From positions 21,625 to 85,624 of the forward strand of contig JAHLWZ010000605.1 in assembly GCA_020536535.1 (NCBI GenBank): DNA of 64,000 bases, in the 5' to 3' direction. The notes below the pieces were generated by a model, which did not search any database, was not told the DNA's origin, and was given only the letters and a program-made list of their open reading frames with translations. Shown piece after piece: positions 57,755 through 64,000 of the stretch (positions within the stretch are counted from its first letter, which is position 1; every line of letters begins with the position of its first letter). The translations under genes were made by a program, and so were the position numbers. This stretch comes from Pelomyxa schiedti (lineage: Eukaryota > Protista > Evosea).

Positions 57755-60502
57755 CTAAAGAATATTTTTCATGAAGAAGCCTTTTTTTCCCCCGCTATTG
57801 ATTTGGAATTGGGTTGAAGGGAATGAAGAGGCGAGAGGAGCACGGGCCACCTCACGAGCTCTGGTTGCACCGTTGACCTGTTGCGGACCTCTTTCTGTTC
57901 CCACGGGTAGACAGCTGGTGCACAATCTTAAACTGTGAGGAGACTTGAGTGGCTTTTTGTAGTTCACGGCGAGTTTCGGGTGCCACGTTTGGTGGTACAT
58001 AGCACAGTGTTCCTTATTGGTTGAGGAGTGATTACCTTGGGTAGGAGAAGGAAGGTACCAGGCTCTTTATACTTTTCGTGCTTGCCTATTTGTGCATACT
58101 TCACCAGTATGACCTGACCCTTTTGGAGACCCCGAGTCTGTTCTCCAGGCTGGTGTAGAAGCAACTCTAACACTGCCGATTTGAAAAACATCTTCCTCTG
58201 TACTTTATTCTCGAAAACTACACAGTAGGTATTTCCTGAGACTTTGTCCACCACACCACAAACTAGATCTGAGAACAAAAGAAAACTTGAGAAAAACTCA
58301 AAACGTAGGAGGTAGTGGATACCAATAGTTTCAGAAGTTTGGAGATCCAAAGCGGCAGTGCTACGGGGTATGAGATCCGGTTCCGGCACGAGGTTGAGGC
58401 GTGGAACCTCTGGGAACTTTTGAGCAATGGCTGTTTCAGTTGATAGGAAGCTCCTTGGGTTTATGGAAAACGCCCCCGGTCTCAGTTCTATGCATTGAGT
58501 GATGCCCATAAGTCTGTAAAAGCCCAATAGGGAAGGTGGCTTGCCTTCATAAACCCTGAACACCCCTTCATTCCCCTGGTTTTTGTTTGGGCTAGGTTAC
58601 CAAGGGAAAAATGGAACATCATTTAGTACCTTTTGGTTGTAACAGACCACACAGTTGGGAGTGCTAAGTAAACACCGCACCACCACTTCAGGCCTGCCCT
58701 CTCTACACGCCTCAAAGGATCCCTCTACCTCCCCTTCCTCAATTTGTTTGTCATCTACGCCCTCTGCCACTGGTTCATGCCCACCATTCTGATGAGGCGA
58801 ACTTGACTGCTGGGGGAACTTGGAGGAGGTGGTGAAGGTAAGGTTAAGCTCCTTGGGTGATGTGTCTTGCCCTCCAATGTCACTGTTTGTTGCAACTAAA
58901 GGTTGTTTCTGGGGCACAAAACTTGAGCACGAGAGAACATCTGCCAGGTTTGACGGTAAAGCATCCAATCCATAGTCATCATTGGATATTGCAACAGGGC
59001 TCGTGATGGAACAGTGACGAGGTGCCAAAGAGTTTAGGCTGCCCACATTCACTTCAGTATTTGAATCGAAAGGCAGACTTATTGTTGATGAAGTCAGGGA
59101 AGGAGTGTCGGAAGAAGTTGGGTGACCTGCTTTAAGAGGAAGTGGTGGTGGAACATAACTCAATTCATATTGGGGGGTTGAATACGGTAAGGGGGACATG
59201 TGATTGGCATTAGCAGAAAGAGGTTGAAAAGAGATAGTGGAAGTAGAAGAGGAAGTTGAAACTGTAAGCTGGTCCAGCTCCAAAGAGGTAGAGGAAGTAT
59301 GTCCACTATAAACAGGACCACTATTCATTTCCACAAACAAAGAGTGCAGTGACGTAGTATTTTCTGCCTGATCACTGCCAATATTACCATTCTGGCACCC
59401 AGAAGGAGTCTTGGTAAGCTTGTTGGGCACGATTGTGAGCTTGGAATGTCGGTATTTTTTCTTTTGTTTGTATGGTATAAGCACTCAAATTGTCGAATTG
59501 CACACTGCCTCATTAGCGTTGGAGTCATCTGTTAATTACATACAAACCAAACAGAGTCATAACTAGGTTCAGACCTCCTAGTCCCTCCACCTACCACCAT
59601 CCTCACCAGGTCCAATCACGGTTTCTCTATCCGCACAAAACAAACCTATCGGCGGTACTCGAATGACCAACGCGCACGCCTATGTGCTCGCACACTCTGG
59701 GTGCTCTACGTGACTTGGTGGTGATCAACACGATTTTTCGTTGACCAAGAAAGCCATGCCAGTATGTAATTAACAGATGACTCCAACGCTAATGAGGCAG
59801 TGTGCAATTCCACAATTTGAGTGCTTATACACTCTGTACTATCAACAATAATATCAGCCACCTGTATACTTTATGTGATGTGCAAAGAAGACTAGACCTC
59901 ACCTCCGGTACTTCTACTAGAATTTTCAGTTTGTTAAGTGTATCCGTAATAGAGTCCACAGTCGAAACAAATGGCTCCTCAGGACTAACTACAGCAGAGG
60001 TATCAACTGTAGTGACCATCTTATTTGTCTCCGTGCGTGGCTTGACATCACCCCAGACAAGAACTGGATGTCGGAGCAAAACATGTGCCACGGAAGCAGG
60101 ATTTGGTTCCGAATCATTTCTCTATATCATTTTGTTAAACAAGTTTTCTTTAGTATGTCTTTTTACTTACTTAAGACTCCTCTTATTAGCGAGTCGAGGG
60201 CGTTAGCTTTACGATGTAGCTTCTGTATCCACGACCTAACAGCTGCAATATCTTTGGTGGATCCAAGGGAAGCCTAAGGATAGGGTAAGAATAAGACCCA
60301 AGAGATTGGTGCATACAACTCTAGCGATCTTTTCTCGGAGGGACACAACTATACGCGACACTGTGGCGATTACAGCACCGTGAGTCTCCCCAGTGACGCG
60401 AGCCACTGTAGGCAACAACGGCAGGTTTATCACATTGCTGGAAGGATGCGATGTAGTATCGGTTGCTGCGGAAGAGGGTGTTGTTGTACTGTACTGCGCC
60501 AT
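57755..60502 (-). CDS. Hypothetical protein with long S/T-rich region and probable tandem C-terminal OB folds; interrupted by a TIR element at 59480-59825
   Basis: In-frame exon chain from ATG 60502. The C-terminal beta-rich units VVVRCLLSTPNCVVC..GVFRVY..GFYRLMG and VCGVVDKV..YCVVF..AVLELL..GLQKGQVILVKYAQI resemble OB folds. The stop is 57964 or 57755, depending on a 23-nt candidate intron. Confidence 0.45.
59480..59825. mobile_element. MITE-like non-autonomous DNA transposon, 64-bp TIRs, TATA target-site duplication
   Basis: 59480-59543 is the reverse complement of 59762-59825 with one mismatch (59494/59811). TATA flanks both ends (59476-59479, 59826-59829). The 218-nt interior has no coding capacity. 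Removing the element plus one TATA restores the host frame (S-T-E-C-I-P-Y-K). Confidence 0.8.
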
Positions 60503-60722
60503 TGCACCGCAACTAAGTGTACAATCGAGTTCTTAAGGTTGTAGTCCAGCTGGATCTTGATGCGGGATCTCGGCACGGATTACTAAGCACCATCATACCG
60601 CCTCTTGGGTTTTTTTGTTTTATTTAATTGTCTGGTCGTTTTTTCGACTAAATGATGGAAAAAGTATTTGAAGGGCGGCAATAAGCGTACGTTTTCATTC
60701 TAGCGTGGTTCGCGAGGTTCAC

Positions 60723-61232
60723 TTAGCACTGATCGCAATTGTGGGTCGGTGGAGGCTCCCATAATTGTTGCCTGTGCCCGGGCCCGGGCCGCTCAAAAAT
60801 TTGTAGATAGTGACCACCCGGCACCCAACTGAGGACGGTGAGACTGGGGCCAGGGCCATGTGCTATATGTAGAGGGGACTGAGTGATGACACACTCGCGA
60901 TTGCACTTATTACAGGGAAACAGACGACGTGCTTCTGCCCCGATGTATGCAAATCGTTGCTTATGGGTGTGGCACACATTTTTCACTTTGACACTGGTGG
61001 AAGTGGAACCTGAAGTGAAGGGTGCCTCAGTGAAAGTTGCTGAAATGAGAAAGAAGAGGGTGTGCAGGGAACACCAGAATAGTACACAATTTGAACAAAA
61101 AAAAAAAGGAGTACAAAAACAAGTGCTGTGGGTCAAAGAAGTTGCCTGGCAAAGGAAACTCAAACTGGTTGCTGTTTGAAGTTTGATCAGAACTAGGGTA
61201 CAATATGGCCTTTCTTTTCTCTCATTACTCAT
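60723..61232 (-). CDS. Possible small Cys/His-rich (zinc-finger-like) protein
   Basis: Open frame ending VCHTHKQRFAYIGAEARRLFPCNKCNRECVITQSPLHIAH...HNCDQC-stop with an ATG at 61232. No family was recognised and it may be spurious. Confidence 0.25.
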   Translation of the reverse strand: MSNERKERPYCTLVLIKLQTATSLSFLCQATSLTHSTCFCTPFFFCSNCVLFWCSLHTLFFLISATFTEAPFTSGSTSTSVKVKNVCHTHKQRFAYIGAEARRLFPCNKCNRECVITQSPLHIAHGPGPSLTVLSWVPGGHYLQIFERPGPGHRQQLWEPPPTHNCDQC

Positions 61233-61329
61233 TTTATTGGTAGGTCCAACCCAAAACGGAAGAGAAGAGGAAAAGAGATAACAAAGAAAAACCAAGTAGA
61301 TATTCATATACATGAGCAATGTCTCATAA

Positions 61330-62940
61330 CTATTGCAGTTCTGATCTGCCAAGTTCCTTGAGGAGAACAACCAAACAGTGAGGTTTTTCCCAGCTGGAGA
61401 TAGTCCGTTTCTTTTTCATTGTGGTGGTACAGTGCACTGGTTCTAAAGGAAGCAAATCGTCAAATAGATGTTGATTTCAGAAATCTGTAATGCTTGAGTA
61501 TTGCTTTGCTCTATAAGAAAAAAATGGACCAAACTGTGGATCCACAAGCCAGTCCTGAGAGGATACGTGCTGCACATTAGCCAATTTACACCTCAAGATA
61601 TGAGGACATCCATTTGAATGGTGGGTTCTGTGTCACGCAATTTGTTTCTTACCTCCACAGAATATTGGAACATAGTGAAGCAGATCAATACAGAGGAAGC
61701 TTGGCATAGATGCCTTGTGTCAGTTGGCTCTACCACTTGCAATCAAAGTTTGTATCATTTTATGTGAAGCCTTGTTCAACTTCCCTTTTGGTGTTTTAAT
61801 TCAACTGTTCTGGAGATAGACACCTGAGAATGCAGGGAAGGTTATGACACTGGAAAAAATTGAGTATGCCAAAGAAACACAGCTTCTTGAAGGGCATGTG
61901 GACTCCTTTTTGGGCACTACAACAAAGCCCAGGCATTTATACAAGGGAATTTCCCAAGTTATTTATGGCATCATCACAGCCAAAATTGGCTCCGCAGATG
62001 CGCTGTAATTTACTGCACTGGGTTTAAGCCTTATCTTTAGCCAAGTCCTTTGCCCCAGATCTCCTGTAATATAGATCGAGTATCTGAACCAACTGTAATA
62101 TCCACAAGTCCCTTCTGACTGTAAATACTTAGCTAATAATTACGGACCACTAAAAGAAATAGTGGCAAGTGTGACCTCTCCTGCACTTCGCAATCTCTAT
62201 GCAACAACTAAGTAAGGTGCTTGTATGGTGGGTTTTTTATGCAATTAGTAACACAAATAAATAGAACAAGGAGACATTGCCAAAGCTTCATGCCTACACC
62301 TAGACACAAGATTTTGATAGTGAACAGTGTGCAATGATTTTTATCCCATAACCATTTCTATACCCAAAGGTGGGACAAGCAAGAGACAATAATCATAGGA
62401 ACTTTATGAATGTCACATGCTTATCTTCTTCCAAAGATTTAGTTCTAGTCAGTGTGAACTTGAAGTACAAACTAAATATAAGAATAGGGCGGCATTTTAC
62501 ACAGCCATTTAGGTTGTCTTCTTATGAATCCATCTTGCTCTTGTTGTACCATTGAGTACTTATAGACGGAAACTTTAATAGGTTCTTTCTCCATGACTTT
62601 GTATCATCCCTAAGTACCGCAAATATACAAGCTGTACAGTGACTTGGCACTGGTGCAACAGGTCACCAGGTTGCTTTCTCTGAAAGTATTGGCTGGAAAT
62701 CAATACCCCATAGAGTCTCTCTGGTACGAAAATTGTCATACCTTTCAGCGAACCCACTTCAGAGATCATAAAATAATGCTGGTTTGGGCCCCACATGGCA
62801 TGCAAAACGTCCCTCTCTCCCATTACCACTGTAAAGTACACAAATTCTGTCTCAATTGGTGTTTGTCATCAGCACTACAACGCAGGTCCATAAACCAATT
62901 TTTGTTGCTTTGTCTACAAGGTCGGATACACGTGCTGTAA
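61330..62940 (+). CDS. Probable multi-exon gene of unknown product
   Basis: Plus-strand GT donors and pyrimidine-AG acceptors bound short protein-like frames (YEDIHLNEYWNIVKQINTEEAWHRCL; PENAGKVMTLEKIEYAKETQLL; NYGPLKEIVASVTSPALRNLY). A complete model could not be built. Confidence 0.3.
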
Positions 62941-63187
62941 TCAACCATAGAAACCCATAAGTTTGGGGGAGAAAAAAAACGATATTTTTTAAGTGGAGAA
63001 TCGATCGGAAAAAATGGTCCAAAGGCCCCAAACTGTTACCAAATCCATTAGACGGCTTAACTGATGTAAGACCATTTCTTGGGCAATCAAAAAGTTTTCT
63101 TTTGTGTGGTCCCCTTATTTGGCAACAAAAACACAAAAAACCTAAAAGAAAGTTTTTGCTATCACAATGCTGTAACCAAAAAGAAAT

Positions 63188-63391
63188 GTTGCAGGTGCTG
63201 TTGCCGCGACACTGGGTTGTTTGTTGGCAAAGAACAAACAAAAAAAAATGAAGATTCATTGTTTCCCTCTTTCTTTTTGAAAGGGGGAAAATAATGCCCT
63301 CCACGAAAATTGACAGCGACGTTGCAGGTGCTGTAACGCGACGTTGCAGGTGCTGTTGCCGCGACACTGGGTTGTTTGTTGGCAAAGAACA
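63188..63391. repeat. 49-bp perfect direct repeat plus a 19-bp partial third copy
   Basis: GTTGCAGGTGCTGTTGCCGCGACACTGGGTTGTTTGTTGGCAAAGAACA at 63188-63236 and 63343-63391; GCGACGTTGCAGGTGCTGT at 63316-63334 and 63338-63356. Confidence 0.9.
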
Positions 63392-63819
63392 GGGTGCCAT
63401 GCACCGTGCAGCTTCACACACTCCCTGTGGGTTGACAGCTGTTACCAAGGTGCCACCTCATCCACTGGAGGTGATATAAGGGTAGATGAGATGAGAAGGA
63501 GAACTGTGGGTTAAAGGACAACTTGCCTACATCTGTGGGCAACAGCTGACTACAATGGGTAACATCTCTGGCTCTTGGCATCATCACTGTTCCAAGCTTG
63601 GTCATTCTGGGTGCTGCAGCCCTGTGGGACCAGGGAAGGCTATGGTGGGTACAAACCAAACTCCAAGTCAGTGAGGAACAGGTTCCAAAGGTGTTCACAA
63701 AAATGGTATGCAGTCCATGATAAACACACTTCCACTCCTTGTTTTGGTAAGTGGTCCAGGTTTTGCACCATCCACATTAGGGACAGATGCTCTATTTATA
63801 TAAACTCCAAGGCGATCTC

Positions 63820-64000
63820 ATGACAGCAACTCCAGTGGGCCACACCCTTTACTTGTCGGACGGGCGCCGTGTCGATTACGCCACAGGGGGTGACCCAAGC
63901 AGCACCCGCGTAGTTTTCAGCATCCACGGGGTGTTTGGCGTGGGCCGCGTGGCCCCTCACGTCTCCTCGTTCTTCTCGTCGCTGGGGTGGCGCGTGGTGG
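63820..64000 (+). CDS. Alpha/beta hydrolase, N-terminal part (runs off the right edge)
   Basis: MTATPVGHTLYLSDGRRVDYATGGDPSSTRVVFSIHGVFG...SLGWRVV matches the typical LxDGRxLxY...GDP...V+xxHG start of AB-hydrolase-1 proteins. Confidence 0.7.
   Translation, partial: MTATPVGHTLYLSDGRRVDYATGGDPSSTRVVFSIHGVFGVGRVAPHVSSFFSSLGWRVV

Noticed and set aside
58013-58035. Candidate 23-nt intron extending the OB-fold gene to 57755, 14 nt from the convergent pICln stop
   Set aside because: Not required: the unspliced frame ends normally at 57964, so neither the tiny intron nor the 3' overlap is supported.

Overview
Gene-dense, intron-rich eukaryotic DNA with the standard code. Introns are GT-AG and mostly about 40-55 nt. 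There is one 100-N scaffold gap. The gene content (HydF, diaphanous formin, Sfi1-like protein, ankyrin-like repeat protein) fits an anaerobic amoebozoan such as an Archamoeba (Pelomyxa-like); this is an inference and not verified. About 20 genes were reconstructed by splicing ORF fragments by hand, so outer coordinates can be off by an exon. Left to right: Sfi1-like, hydF, UBL/coiled-coil/WH2-like, SUMO protease, Q-rich protein, Kelch-F-box-Ras-like, macrodomain/PARG-like, TRIM-like, formin, receptor-type RasGAP, Med18, amino-acid transporter, ankyrin-like, secreted propeller-like, TOR, 7TM-INPP4 fusion, pICln, OB-fold-like (interrupted by a MITE), a poorly resolved 60.7-63.8 kb stretch, and the start of an alpha/beta hydrolase. 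The most unusual items are: (1) a single-pass FN3/EGF receptor with a cytosolic RasGAP and a glycosylated stalk-and-knob insert; (2) a TOM1/GPR137-like 7TM domain fused to an inositol 4-phosphatase, head-to-head with TOR; (3) Med18 carrying a SAM domain on a symmetric phase 1-1 exon; (4) a TIR element inside a coding exon that could be spliced out in frame like an introner; (5) a prenylatable Kelch-F-box-pseudo-Ras protein. No rRNA, tRNA or CRISPR array was recognised.
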